This document shows positions 40,235 to 53,271 of a stretch of 64,000 bases of DNA, in pieces. The translations under genes and the position numbers were made by a program. This DNA is from Balanoglossus misakiensis (Eukaryota; Animalia; Hemichordata). Where the stretch lies: positions 9,145,778-9,209,777 of the forward strand of contig CM082597.2 in NCBI GenBank assembly GCA_040954595.2, given 5' to 3'. The number at the start of each line of letters is the position of its first letter. Within the stretch, counting starts at the first letter, position 1. The notes beneath the pieces are model-generated. The model was not told the origin of the DNA and made no database searches. It was given only the letters and a program-made list of their open reading frames with translations.

Positions 40235-40677
40235 CTATAAAATGGAAATAAAGAAAGAAGATGCATACAGCAGTGTTTCATCCAGGATGGGGGGGGGGGA
40301 TATGTCCCCCTTTGCTTGAATAGTTGCACTCTTGCAAGGAGGGGAATGAGTGACATCGCTGAGTCTGTAAGGGGCACCATTTCCCCCTTGACAAATTTCT
40401 AGGGGGGTGCCAACATGCTGACAGTGGGCGAATTCCCTCATCCCTCCATCTGGATGAAAAACTGCATACAGAGTCACTTAATAGCAAGATTTTGTGAGGT
40501 TATTGAGATGTAAAAAATAGGCTTTTCAATTACCATCTTGAGACAATTATCATTCAAGTGTTACTATGCAGTGCTTACTTGTAAACTGTCAAATTCCAAA
40601 ACCAGTTATTTTTTACACTTGATACACCCACAAATTATTTGGGAACACTGACAAACACTGTTAAAAGACACACTCAC

Positions 40678-40796
40678 CAATCCAACCATGGTTCGCTGTT
40701 TCATTGGAAGTCTCTTCAATCTGGTTTACAATCTCTGCTCCAGCATAACGATTTTCAGAATAACCCTCAATTACTGTCAAGTGCCCACCATAAAAT
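40678..40796 (-). pseudogene. Exon: C-type lectin part 3 (FYGGHLTVIEGYSEN...HGWIG)
   Basis: tttcag acceptor, gtgagt donor, 119 bp, phase 2/1; GGHL..I...EN and WIG motifs. Confidence 0.9.
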
Positions 40797-41529
40797 CTGA
40801 AAATAAACCAATTTATAACACATCAAACATGTTCCAAACTAATTTCGAAATTCCAGTCCGTGAATAATACATTTCCTCTTTGAAAACATTTAATATTGGT
40901 GAATAAGAGGTTCATAAATGTATAACATTAGATTTTTGTTTGTAAAGTCTATATTTTGTGTTACACCTTTCCAATAAGTGTGTGATTAGTGTAGATTTCG
41001 GCAGAATTTCTGGGAAAAAAGAATCTGTGAAAAATTCACCTGAATTTTGGGGAGAAAAAAATTAGCTGAACGTTTCCTTTGAATAAAAAAGTTCAGCTTA
41101 TTTCTTTTAGAGAAAACATGACAATTTCCAGGAAATGGCTGTTGTTGTTTTTTTTTGGTGTGAATAAACTTAAAAGACAAATTCTGATACAGTTGCATCA
41201 AGGTGATGGAAGAAAATCCCAGATTAACAGGATATTTGGAGAATTTATCCAGAATTTCAAAATTAGTTCGAAATGTGACATTGTGTTATCAATGATCTGT
41301 GTTGAGCAGTCGAACGATGAACGGGTAGTTGACAATTCCCACGAGCACACCCGTATCTTTCCTCGGTAGTTGCGCCGGGCCGGTCGGCAATGTAACAGAA
41401 AAAGTGGTACGATATGCCAGCTGAGCCGTCGCTAGTCTACAATTCCGAGTCTACAAGGCCGTCTCTAACGAAAAATTATAATAACTATCGAGGAACGTGA
41501 CAATTATATCAGCGAATGTGGGGCTGGGG

Positions 41530-41850
41530 GTTGCTGCAGTTTGCAGCCCCTCCATCTCCCCTGGACGATTTTTGTTTTTGCGGGGCTGCAGGTCCCAGCT
41601 ATTCTAAACCGCACAACGAGCGACCGGGATTTGGGCCCGGAGCGAATTTCTACACTCCAGACGTCTCCAGTCCACAATTTTCCACAATTTTTTCGCCAAA
41701 TCGGTCCCGGAACCCATACAGCGCTTACCTGGCAAAGGATGTCGCGGTATTTGTCGATTTTGCCTACGTTTTCCCCAGTTATTCAACTTCAATCGGCAAA
41801 ACCAAAACTCGTTCAGGGGAGATGGAGGGGCTGCAAACTGCAGCAAGGGC
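41530..41850. mobile_element. GC-rich element with about 55-bp inverted repeats
   Basis: TTGCTGCAGTTTGCAGCCCCTCCATCTCCCCTG / CAGGGGAGATGGAGGGGCTGCAAACTGCAGCAA; outer limits unclear. Confidence 0.6.
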
Positions 41851-44800
41851 TGGGGGCTGCAGGCAGAATATATGACCAAAGGATACGCGTGAAAAAAAGA
41901 CAATTACCTACTTTGCTACCGTGGGTCTTTGACTAATTAAAACATGATAACGTGCATCAAAGCCAGCCGAGGCTTCAGGGGCATAGTATTCCTGAGTTTA
42001 TACGCGAAGAAACCAAGAAATATTCATGAGTATGTAGACGGAACTTGTCTTTTAGCTCAAATTTGACCTGGCTTGAGGTCACTGTGACAGCGCAGCCAGC
42101 GGTAGAATTGGGGTAGGCATGAAGAACATATCTACTACAAAAACTGGTGAGGGCGGGGGGGGAGATGGGGGGGGGGGGTGGGGGCTTTTCAGTTTAGTCA
42201 CGGTCCTTGGTTTTGGCCTTCGGCTTCACTAGAAAAGCCAAAAAACCACAATGCCGAAGGCCAACTCGTCGAAGCACCTGGTACGTCTATGGCAGAAGTC
42301 AGTATTTACATGTTCTGACTCGGTACACGCCATGCACTTGCCAAGAGATTCCACGAGGAATACCATGATGATGAACGGCTCGGGCGTCTTCGTGTGCACG
42401 AAGACACGATACTAGACTTCATTGACCCTGTCTCATTCTTTTCTTTTCATGCGCATAAGGACATGAAAAGTCGACCTAACCTTTTGTTTTATCACTTACT
42501 GTGGTTTTATAGGGATGCTGTGAGTGAAAAAGTGGCACATTCGGGTTGTTGCCTTATACTTAATTTCTCCATTTCTATTGGAGCAGGCTACACCGGGCCC
42601 AGGGTCGAACTTAAACCAACTTGCAGCCGTGATGGTCGAACAATGTCCGACAAACTTTAGGCACGTCAAGCTTATGCCTTCCTGGGTCGCCCGACAAGAA
42701 TGAACTTCTATTTTAACGATAGGGCCTATTCCAATCGATACCCGCCGTATCAGTCACGCAATAATGAACACGAAATCCAGATCCCCCAAAATGATGTTTC
42801 ACTAGACTCGGGGAGAGTGCTGTTTAGTACCAACAGGCAATTAAAGGTATACGGTCACCTATGGAAAATTAGCTATAGTTACCATGGCAAATTGAGATGT
42901 AGCCAATCACAGATTTTTAGTGGGTGGCACACGCGAAAAAAGAGCGCCGCCATATGTTCTCATCTCAGCCATATATGGTCCTATGTAACCACCTCATGTC
43001 ATTTACAGAATTGGAACACCCTAAAGAATGTCATGCAGACAATGTCACGTGTTGTTCCATGACCAACCAAACAACAAACTCATGTCCAAATCAATTAAAT
43101 TCCAAAGAATGCTCCAAATATGCAGAATTGCCACGCAAGTCGAGCATACTTAAGCACTCTGCACAACTGAAACATAAAATCCAAGCTTTTAACAATACAA
43201 CAATAAACAATCCATTCTGATCGAATTAATGACCAAATAAAACGAAAAACACAACTCGACCCACAAAAAGTATACGAAGCGCTTTTAATCGCTCATTAAT
43301 GTTTGATCTCGAGGAGACGTGTTAAAAAATCCGCTATGAAAAGCAGGGGAGAACAATAGCCTATTTTTACCAGGTAAACAAACACCAGGTAAAAATCCAC
43401 CCATGCTTCCAGACCGCTCTAGGATAGTGATCCACCCAATGAAACTGTATCTCTTTAACTTTAATTTGCAAACTCGTGGAATTGATCATTTTATAAATCG
43501 CTCCATTTTGACGTTTTCTCTGTGGTTTGTTAATACGAATTTTGTCTGTGCCAAATCTGTCCTCTAATACTGTCACTTGTATTAGAGTTCAAATTACACA
43601 GAAGTATAATACAACGTTTTGAAAAAGACAGACATTTTTCGTGGGAACGGTGATATACTTAGGCCACACTCGAGCTAAAAACAAAAGTCTATATTTTATC
43701 AAAAATGCCTTGGACGCACAAACATCTACAGGATGTGGAAGGGGCGGGTCAAAACCGCGATCTACAACTGTGCCTCCCCCCCCCCCCCCGGCTGTCTTGC
43801 TTCTATTTGGAGTGTCAATGTGTGATTTAGCGTTGTTTGCGGCAGATACTAAGCTTTGTTCTTGTTTCACTCCATTTGCTGCATTGTGCTGTGCTCTGGT
43901 ATTTCTCCAGGGTCTACGGTTACACTATAGGCTGATTAGTCGTATCTTTACTACACAGACAAAAAACTTCGAAGCTTTATGTCTGTGCCTTTTATGAACA
44001 AGCATCGTCCGATTCGAATTCGACTCGTCATCGGTAGCTATGTTTATTTCGCCCTTGGAGACCTCCCCTGGCCCCGTTAGGATGACTGTTACCAGGACTA
44101 CCTTAAACCAATCTTTTCGAACCGGACGGTACACACGACATGTCTATGTTAATTGTCCAGGTACCAGAGTGTACGTGTGGGCTCCCTAAACCCCTCATTG
44201 GCGGCCGGTCCCTGTCCGAATAAACACGTTTGACAGACAAAAAATGATGAACAAGTGGCTTACTTCAATACTTCGTTAACTAGACGGCTGAACTCTGAAT
44301 GTTGATTCAGCAAAAAAAATGTGTTTACGGCAAGGTTTTGATCAATACGACACATTTACCATTGAAAACGCCCAAAGTAAGTGGGGGCGTTTGACCATCA
44401 ATCAAACCCACGCCCAGGTGCATGTGAACGGCCGAAGCAGTGTAACGTTTCACATTCCGTGCAACGTCCGACACTGTGTGAAAGCGGTTGCTGTCGGGTG
44501 GCTTGACCTAATTTTCGTACATTGATATGCATTTGACACCTCACTACCTGTTTTCTTAATATTGCTAAAACTTTGCGTTGAAATATCACTGAAATGTTGA
44601 TGATCCACGCACAAGTCGTCTACCCCGGCATGAAAAGCTTTTATACAAGAAAACTAATTGCACATGACCACCAAGGTCATACCGCAAGGTGTTTCTAAAT
44701 GTCAAGGAAGGACATTGGGAGGGGGGACTTGGGTCGAGAACGACCATGACGGAGGAAAAACCGACAAGTCATTGTGTAACCTGTTTACTTGCCAATAGTC

Positions 44801-45519
44801 AAACGTCAAAATTTACTCTCAACTTGGTTGCAGATCGAGTCTCCCGAATTTCCAACTTTTATGATTGGGTAAATACCGATATGCGACTGGTATGCGACGC
44901 GTTGACGACGCGAAGATTTTGTTGAAATCAAATGGTTTGTCAAATGTCATCTCACAGTGGAGATACCGTGGTCATCTGACATGAAAGGGTTCGATTGGGT
45001 CTGACCGCCGTCGTTCATCCATGCTTAGAAAGCGGCGATCATGGTACAAAGTAAAACCAAGGTCAAACCTTACTGAACACATGTATTGCATGGAGAAACT
45101 TTTCTCCCTGTCTGTGTACTGAACACGTACCGTGATTGCCATAGTTACAAACGTTACCACGTGAGAGAGAGTGCATTTTACATCTGTCTTTTCAATTTTG
45201 TTGCTTTCTTACTATTCGGAATGATGGAGTCGAAACGAAAACTTTTTGCTTCAGGTGGACCTAGGGGAAATACCTTATTTGTGACTTTTTTCATGACCCT
45301 AAAAAGACGTCGGAATTAATGTGGCTGAGGTCACTCAGGACGACGGAATGGTTGAGCGATTTTATTTTATGAGCTCCCACTAGTATTTGTTTTATTGTTT
45401 CGGCAGTGTGTCGCGTTATTCGAGCAATCTGCAGTCTGAAAACGAACGGTTTTCAAAGTTTATAACAGAAGAACAGGGGTTTAAGCATGAAAGGTCCTGT
45501 TGTCTCCCTCGCTGTGTTT

Positions 45520-45740
45520 GTGTCACTGTGTCTTTGACGTCTGACTGACTGATTAACTGGCTGACTGACTTACTGACTGTCTGTCAACGTCGGTCTGTCT
45601 GACTGTCTGCCCCCTCTCTCTGAGAGAGAGAGTGAGCGAGCGAGCGAGCGAGCGACCGATGAGTGTCTCTACTGATGAATGTTGCTCTGTCTGTCTGCTT
45701 GTGTCTGTCTGCCACTCTGCCTGTTTCACTCTGTCTCTCC
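45520..45740. repeat. Compound microsatellite (CTGA)n/(GA)n/(GCGA)n/(CTGT)n
   Basis: Read directly. Confidence 0.9.
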
Positions 45741-46371
45741 TAATTTCTTTAAATTTAGGGATATGCTATTAATGCGATATGAAAGTCAGACACGACGGAA
45801 ACCTTTTATTCTCAAAACTGTCTGTTGTTTGCTGTTAAATATTGCAAAAGGTTAAGGGCCCTTTTCGCACGAGACACATGGCTTTGCAGCCGTAGCTCCC
45901 AATGTCATAACGATTACCCGAACTACCCTAATTTTAGCCCGCCGACCCAAAACAGTTTAGATCTTCGTAAACCGGAAGTAAAAATAACGATGTCAAATAT
46001 ACAACAATTCATGAAAATTGCGAGAATCACGCAAGAACTATGATGTCATTCTTCTACACTACGACGGCCAAAGATATAAAAAAATTGAAAAATAAAAAAA
46101 ATGTCCCTTTCTACCTACCCTATTTTTGAAAACCATGTAATCGGAATAGCACATATTAGTTTTTTTGGCCTGAGACATATCCAATTTCCCAACTGAACAT
46201 GACACGTGATCAAGCATTTTCGACTTATCAGATGCAATCGCTGAACACCTCACACTAAGCGAGGTTTTGTCTGTCTTTATACGCGCCCTTTGTATTTGTG
46301 CGTGACATGTCCAAGCCTTGTTAGGATCTCCCATAAAATTCTACTCAAATGATGTATACTTTCATACTTAC

Positions 46372-46453
46372 GACTGACAGGTATTTTCAGCGTTGCCAGC
46401 TGATTGTTTGTCAGGTACCGCTTTATAACAAGACGCCCCTCTGAGTTGATAAC
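46372..46453 (-). pseudogene. Exon: C-type lectin part 2 (GYQLRGASCYKAVPDKQSAGNAENTCQS)
   Basis: ttgcag acceptor, gtaagt donor, 82 bp, phase 1/2; CY...A...C pattern. Confidence 0.85.
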
Positions 46454-47156
46454 CTGCAATGTAACATCATTCAATTGGTCTAGTCATGTTAGCATTAGTA
46501 AAATGCTTCAAAAGTGTTAAAGGGACATGATACAAGACACCGTTTATGTTAGTGAATGAACGTTCAACCACACACAACTTCCATCCCGCTTGTATGATAC
46601 GAGAGTAAAAACCCGCCCGAAATGAATAAATGGTAGAGACCGTTTATTCATTTTGGCGACTTTTTAAAACTCTCGTGTCTATACAAGCGGAGTGGAAGGT
46701 GTGTATGGTTGAACGTTGATTCACTATATCCACATGTAGAATAATATAAACGCAGTCTTGTATCAAACATAATTAATGGAAAAAGGGCAGCGAGAGAGAG
46801 ACTTTGTCCCTTTAATGAATACAGCCACAATGTTCTGTTTATATCTACTGACGGACCAGGCATGGATTGTCACGTATAATTCTTTGAAACGTTTGGTCCT
46901 CTGAAGAAATCTGAGCACTCATCTACTCAGTTTGCTTATTTTGTCTTCCTCCACCAGTCAGTGGTATCGTCCGATTTGATACTCCACTCTAAGCCTCTTT
47001 CTGAATGGCTATTTAAGTTGTGATATGTAAGTCTTAAACCTTTCATCACCCCCCCCCCCCCCCCCGTTTCCTCTTTAGAGGTCCAACATTACCATAGAAA
47101 ACAATTGGTTTTGACTGAACCATGTTGGTGAAAGGGCTAGGGTCAATTCAACTTAC

Positions 47157-47214
47157 CTTCTGGACATTCATATTTCACAAAGGGTGTTCCAAACAGTGCT
47201 CCAAGATCCAATTG
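47157..47214 (-). pseudogene. Exon: QLDLGALFGTPFVKYECPE(G), start of C-type lectin
   Basis: taacag acceptor, gtaagt donor, 58 bp, phase 0/1, fits the next exon. Confidence 0.75.
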
Positions 47215-49249
47215 CTGTTACAAATAAACAATAAGTTAGCTGCCAGTACACTCAATGATGTACGCGCAGAACGTCAACTGGTAAACTGTGCGCCTGTGTC
47301 TCTTCCCATAGGAGTACATGGAGAATAGTTAGAAAACTCCCTTCTATTATTGTCATTTTCAGGAAATTTTACACATAGCTCCGACAAATCAAAATAAATT
47401 CACCACGGTCTATTTTGAGATAAACTTTGTTCAATATTGTATCCATAGGCAAACCATTGGTAGAAAATGCTGACCGTCAGCAGTTTTCTTCAATTATCGA
47501 CTAAATTCACGGCCTTGTTTAAAGTCGGAAACAAGTGCAGTGACCCAAAATGGATTTTCATTATACATACAAATCAGAAACGAAAATCCACGATTAAAAG
47601 AAATGACAATACAAAACACCGTTTATGTTAATGTAAATGTGGATATATAGTGATGCAACGTTCAACCGCACACACCTTCCATCCCGCATGTAGACACGAG
47701 AGCGAAAACTCGCCAAACTGAAAAATCGGTCTCTACCATTTATTCATTTTGGGCGAGTTTTTACTCTCATATCATACAAGCAGGATGGAAGTTGTGTGTG
47801 GTTGAACGTTCATTCACTACATATACACATGCCCATTAATATAAACGGTGTCTTGTATCAAACATTATTAATAGAAAAGGGCGACGGGAGAGAGAGTTTG
47901 CCCCTTTAAGGCGACATGATGCATGAAGTGGCGAGAGATAAACGCGACTGACCACCGCATTAAACACTGTCAAGCAAGGCACTTCAAATGCCAATTGTTT
48001 AAGTGTGTACTAAGTAATAGCTTCATGTACCATGTCCTGGGGGGGGGGGGGGGAGGGGTCAAATCACAACAGTTGGACATGTACGAATATGAAGAGACGA
48101 TATCAGTTTTTTCATGTCTTCCTTTAGTAAACAATCTTTTTTGAACTTTGTATAGAATTCATTGAACTTTACTTTAGCTTATGAACTCTCATTTGCACAT
48201 CGTCATCTTGAAATTGTGTCGACTTTATCATAAGGTTTTTATAACTCAACTAGGTCGCAAAACCTATTTAAGTTAGTGAGAATAGGATGTTCACCTTTTG
48301 GGTTGATGGCTACAGACATTAATCCTGACTCATACACATGTTGCAGCCAGTATACTCTGCAGACATTGGACACAATAGTTTTACGAACCATTAAATTTTA
48401 TTGGACCATCAAGTTTATTGACCCATGACGTTCATATAGATTGTATGACACGACTGACGCTATAATCGGTCCATACCTTCGGCGAGCCAAGTGTTTTATA
48501 ACATCATAAGATATTAATACCTATCACCCAGTCAAACGATTTCAAGTTATACAATTTCCACGCCAATAGGACGCCTTTAGGTGGAAATGCAACCAGGTAT
48601 CCTGAATAGGAAAATATTCCGGGTATCTGTCAAGTTTAGTCCCATATTTAGGGGACCAAGAGCCCTCAGGCGCTTGGTCCCCTTCTGTTATTGCTGGAGT
48701 TTGTCTTCTTTCTTCTTGAGTCGTTTTTTTGCGCCCGTTTTTCTCTGAAATTCCGGCAGGTGCGCCTTCCAAATTTGGCACGGTGGTTGGGGCCCATAGT
48801 ACTGGTGCACCAGCCCTTTGAATTTGTAATTAGTCACGTGACTTTGTTGCTATAATCGAGCGAAATTTTCAAATTGACCTAATTTGCACGTTAATGGGGG
48901 CATGTACATTCTTTTCGCGATTTTTGTAGACCATGTGGCCAAAATCCCCTGTGCCAAATTTCAAGGTCCTAGGCCACGTCGATTTTGAGAAGAAGATTTT
49001 TGTAATATTTTTTCGCTTTTTTTGGTGGGCTGAGGACGGACACTGGGGCATCGGACTTTGACCGTCATTACGTTATGTTGTGGAGATCTCATTAGCAGGC
49101 TACTCACTTCTTGCGGGTTGCAGTAGTCCTTGGAAAATCGGCTGAAATACGTAAACAGACCAGTGATTATTTTCCACGGAATGAATTTTGGGACAACACA
49201 TTATCGGAGTTCAGGCTGTGTTAGGGCGTTTTATTGAATTACGCTGAGT

Positions 49250-52200
49250 TTGGATTGACTACTGTGTTACCACTGAAATTTCTCATAGCAATGTTCTTTC
49301 AATTTCGAGTCTTTGCAATGTTGTTGACTCCGACCATATTCCTGTTTCAATAGAGGTTCATTTCAACACTTCTGCTGATGAAAGCTTCAGCAGTAGTTCC
49401 TTCAAGCAATGTAATTTTCGAGTTGATTGGAAAAAATTGTCACAGCAGAATATATCCGCCTACACCGGTTGTACCAAAGCCAAGATTGATAAGATTAATT
49501 TATCCGAAGAGTTATTCTGCACTAATGTGAACTGTACAGACCCTTCGCATTTACAGGCAATTGATACTTGTTATAGTAGTATTGTGGACGCATTGAATTG
49601 TGCTGCAAAAGATACCATTAGACGTAAGTTTCACCAGAAAGTTCATGTTGTGCCTGGCTGGAACGATTTTGTAAAAGAAAGTCACGACTATGCCCGTTCC
49701 ATGTTTTTATTATGGGTTAATGTGGGTAAACCTAAACAAGGCCCGCTTTTTGAAACCATGAAATCTTCCAGAGCTCGTTTTTAGTATGCTTTACGTGCTT
49801 GTAAAAAGATTGAGAATCAAAATAGGGCTGACAAGATGGCTGATAATTTACGCTGCCACAAACAGAACGACTTCTGGGAGGAAGTCAGAAAGCAAACTAG
49901 CAGAAAAACGCCGCTTTCTGACACTGTAGGTGGAGCGACTGGTGAGAGTGAAATTGCAATTATGTGGCACAAGCATTTCAGTGATATTTTGAATTCTGTC
50001 CAGGCTCAGACTGGTAAAAATGACATCGAGGAGAAAATGAAGTATGTTAAATTTTCTTCTGATATGTATGTTTCTGAAGACGAAGTAATTTCTGCTATAC
50101 TTAAGTTACCTGACGGTAAGACAGCTGGCATTGACAATATTTTAGCTGAGCACCTCAAATTCTCAGACTCCTCTATTTTACCCTTTTTGACTTGTTGTAT
50201 TAATGCAATGATTGTTCATGGTTACCTGCCAACTGAGGCTATCAATGTTAATTTAGTTCCAATTATTAAGGATAAAACTAAGCTTTGTAGTGATGCCAGT
50301 AACTACCGGCCGATAGCACTAGCAACTGTTTTCTCTAAAGTTTTTGAGCATATTTTACTTTCTCGTTGTGAGGAGTTTCTTACCTCTCATTATTTACAAT
50401 TTGGTTTCAAGCGAGAACATTCAACTGACCTGTGTTTATTTGCATTTAAAGAAATCATTAGCTACTACACCAGCAATGGAAGACCAGTGTTTACTTGTTT
50501 TCTGGATGCTTCAAAAGCTTTTGACAGAGTTAATCACTTTAAACTGGTTATAATTAACAAGCACATCGACAGGAATGTTCCCTTGTATGCTGTACGAATT
50601 TTATATTAATGGTACAGAAATCAATTGTTTACTGTGTTGTGGGGTAATGAACCCTCAGAGTTGTTTTCTGTTTCTAACGGTGTAAGACAAGGGGGGGGGG
50701 GGGTACTCTCTCCCTATCTTTTTAATGTCTACATTGATGATATTATCAATGCACTCTGTAAAGCCAAAGTTGGCTGTACCATGTGTGGTGTCAGCGCTAA
50801 CACTTTAGGTTACGCTGACGACATGACTCTACTCAGTCCAAGTATTAAGGGTCTACGCCGTCTTCTTAGAATTTGTGAAATTTATGGCAAGGATTATGAT
50901 ATCATTTATAATTCTAGTAAAACTGTGTGCATGCTTTTTAATGGGAAGAATATGAGCGTTCAAAGAATTCCTTCGGTTAAACTTAATGACATCACTTTAA
51001 AGTTTGTACCTGTACACACCTATCTGGGCCATGCTATATCTTGTGATGGTTGTGATAATGAAGATATTGAACGACAGAGAAGAGCATTTTGTGTAAGAGC
51101 AAACATGCTATTGAGACATTTTCAACATTGTAGTCAAGATGTGAAGAAAGTTTTATTTTTGGCATATTGTAGTAATATTTACTGTTGCAGTTTGTGGGCA
51201 TCCTTTAAATTTAAACCGATGAAAAAATTTAAAACTATGTACAATAATGTTTGGAGAAGATTTCTCGGTCTTCCGCCATTTTGCTGTGCATCGGGTATGT
51301 TTGCTACAAACCATGTACATGTATTGTCACTTGGTGAAGTTTTTAGACGCAATATGTACAGTTTTAAGATGGGTCCCTGGGATCTTTTTGCTCGTTGCTA
51401 TGGGCCTTTATAGGACATTACACCCCGATTTGGACTAAGCCGTTTTCAGAGTCTAACAAGGGGCTGGTAACTAGTTGAAAATCTGCACGATTGTGTGCAC
51501 ACCCCCTGTCCGAGTATGTTTACGGCAGCTACCACCCGGCCATAGGCCGACACGCTAATACGGCAAAGCAGCGGTCAGCGATAGCGTGCGCGTCCTGTAA
51601 CCACAGTAACTGGATCGAACGCTAAAAATCCAATGTTTTGTACACAGAGATTTTGTACCGTTCACGAAAATCCCTAAGGCTTTTTTCATAGGCCACGTAC
51701 GCCAGTCAAATTTGACCTGCTTGTTGAGAACGCACTTCCGCACAGTGTGACGGATCGTTTTTTCGGTTTTCGTCGTGCTAAGAAGCGATACCGGTGGAAG
51801 AGTGCGTCCACAAACACCCAAAATCGATGACTTTTTCAGGTGTGGTACGGGTATGCTGAAATCTTAGGATACAACGATAATATTCGAAAACAAAATCCGT
51901 CACGATCTTCCCTGGTTCAAGCAACTAATGAATACGTATCAAGTTCGTTTTTGAGGTCACGGAATAAAAAGCCTTAGGCTTTTGAAATTTGACCTAGCTA
52001 ATTTTCATATCAATGGCGTCAGGGGGCGCGCGCTCACAATCGTGCAGATTTTCAACTAGTTACCAGCCCCTTGTTAGACTCTGAAAACGGCTTAGTCCAA
52101 ATCGGGGTGTAATGTCCTATAAAGGCCCATAGCAACGAGCAAAAAGATCCCAGGGACCCATCTTAAGCGTAGACTCGAAAATTCTTCTAATGTTTTACTT

Positions 52201-52389
52201 GATGCGATCTGTTCATCAGATAGAGCGACTGACAGCATATTTTTCAAACATTGGCGAAAGCAATTGTATATCATGTAAGTTTTTTTTTGTGTGTGTCTCA
52301 GTGTCAGATTATTATTATTGTTTTTTTTTCTTCTCTCTTTTGGGTATATGGACTTTTTTTAAAGTCTGAAATAAAGAATTATTATTATT
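49250..52389 (+). mobile_element. 5'-truncated, decayed APE-RT LINE (CR1/L2 group, possibly Daphne-like)
   Basis: End of endonuclease (WIDY...SDHIP), VPGWN linker, RT motifs NYRPIAL, QFGFK, FLDASKAFD, GVRQG, YADD, YLG; stops at 49782-49784 and 50607-50609; AATAAA at 52370 and an (ATT)n tail. Confidence 0.93.
51368..52162. mobile_element. Young TTAA-flanked MITE (Kolobok-like) with about 128-bp TIRs
   Basis: TTAA|GATGGGTCCCTGGGATC...GATCCCAGGGACCCATC|TTAA; TIRs appear perfect; removing it restores the LINE reading frame. Confidence 0.95.
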
Positions 52390-53271
52390 TGTTAGCTGTT
52401 GCCATTCAAATGTGTCTACGCAAACCCGGCTACACTGGCAGTGGGCTTTGACTCTAAGTCGCTAATGTTGTGGGAGGTTTCATTAGCATTGTAGTCACAT
52501 GTAGTGGATAGTAGTTTGGGAAATTGCCTGAAATACGTCAGCAGACCAGTGATTTTCTTGCACGAAGGGAGTATGGTACCAGCAATAATCAGAGATCAGG
52601 CTTCGTTGCCGTTCAAAAGTTCCTACTTCAGTCGTGATGTTGCAACTGGACGTTCAGTATGGGGGTCGGCCCGCAGGTGGCCGTGTGGGTTATCAGGTCG
52701 CCCGTAACGGCACGCAGCTACATGCAGCTGTATGGGACCAAAATAATACACCCGATTCGGGGGTCACCTGTGACACCTGCGTAACTCAATAATTATGTGC
52801 ATGCGTAATTGTGGGGTCAATGAAAGGGGTGGTAGCGTGGTATTTGTTGCACATGGATCAATATGAAGTCCGATTTTCCCGTCAAGTTGTGGGCGACCTT
52901 ATGTGACCTTTCACCTACTTTTGCTTAGTGAGCATCTACAGAAGATGCATGCAGCTTTGGCTTGGGGGGGGGGGCATATACGGATGGGACCATAATGATA
53001 TACCAAAGGCGGGGTCACCTGTTGCACCTGCCTAAGTCATTGATTTTGTACATTTAATTGGACACTAACCAACAGGGCGATAGGTGTGGTTTTTGTTCCA
53101 CAGGGACGAATGTAAGTGTCAGTTGGTTTTTGCCCAAATGTATAAGGTGATTTTGATGACCTCTGTCATACAGTGCCATATCTCATCCCGTTGTACAGGT
53201 GCAGCTTTGGTATTTGGAGGGATGAAACTATCATGAAATGCCAAATACAGGGGGATACCTTTGACACCTGC

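Larger units (their letters stand above)
27764..47214 (-). pseudogene. uif: Uninflatable-like multidomain extracellular protein (CTL-CUB3-Sushi4-EGF2), disrupted and 3'-truncated
   Basis: 16 exons or exon remnants, mostly GT-AG with compatible phases. Domain order and the distinctive EGF extension (GYLLYANNGTGGFYLPPGETG...YTFNQSCV) match my recollection of Drosophila Uninflatable. Multiple disabling lesions are present. Confidence 0.8.

Noticed and set aside
41940-46360. Short ORFs in the CpG-richer intronic region
   Set aside because: No recognisable domains or phase-consistent exons; probably unclassified repeats.
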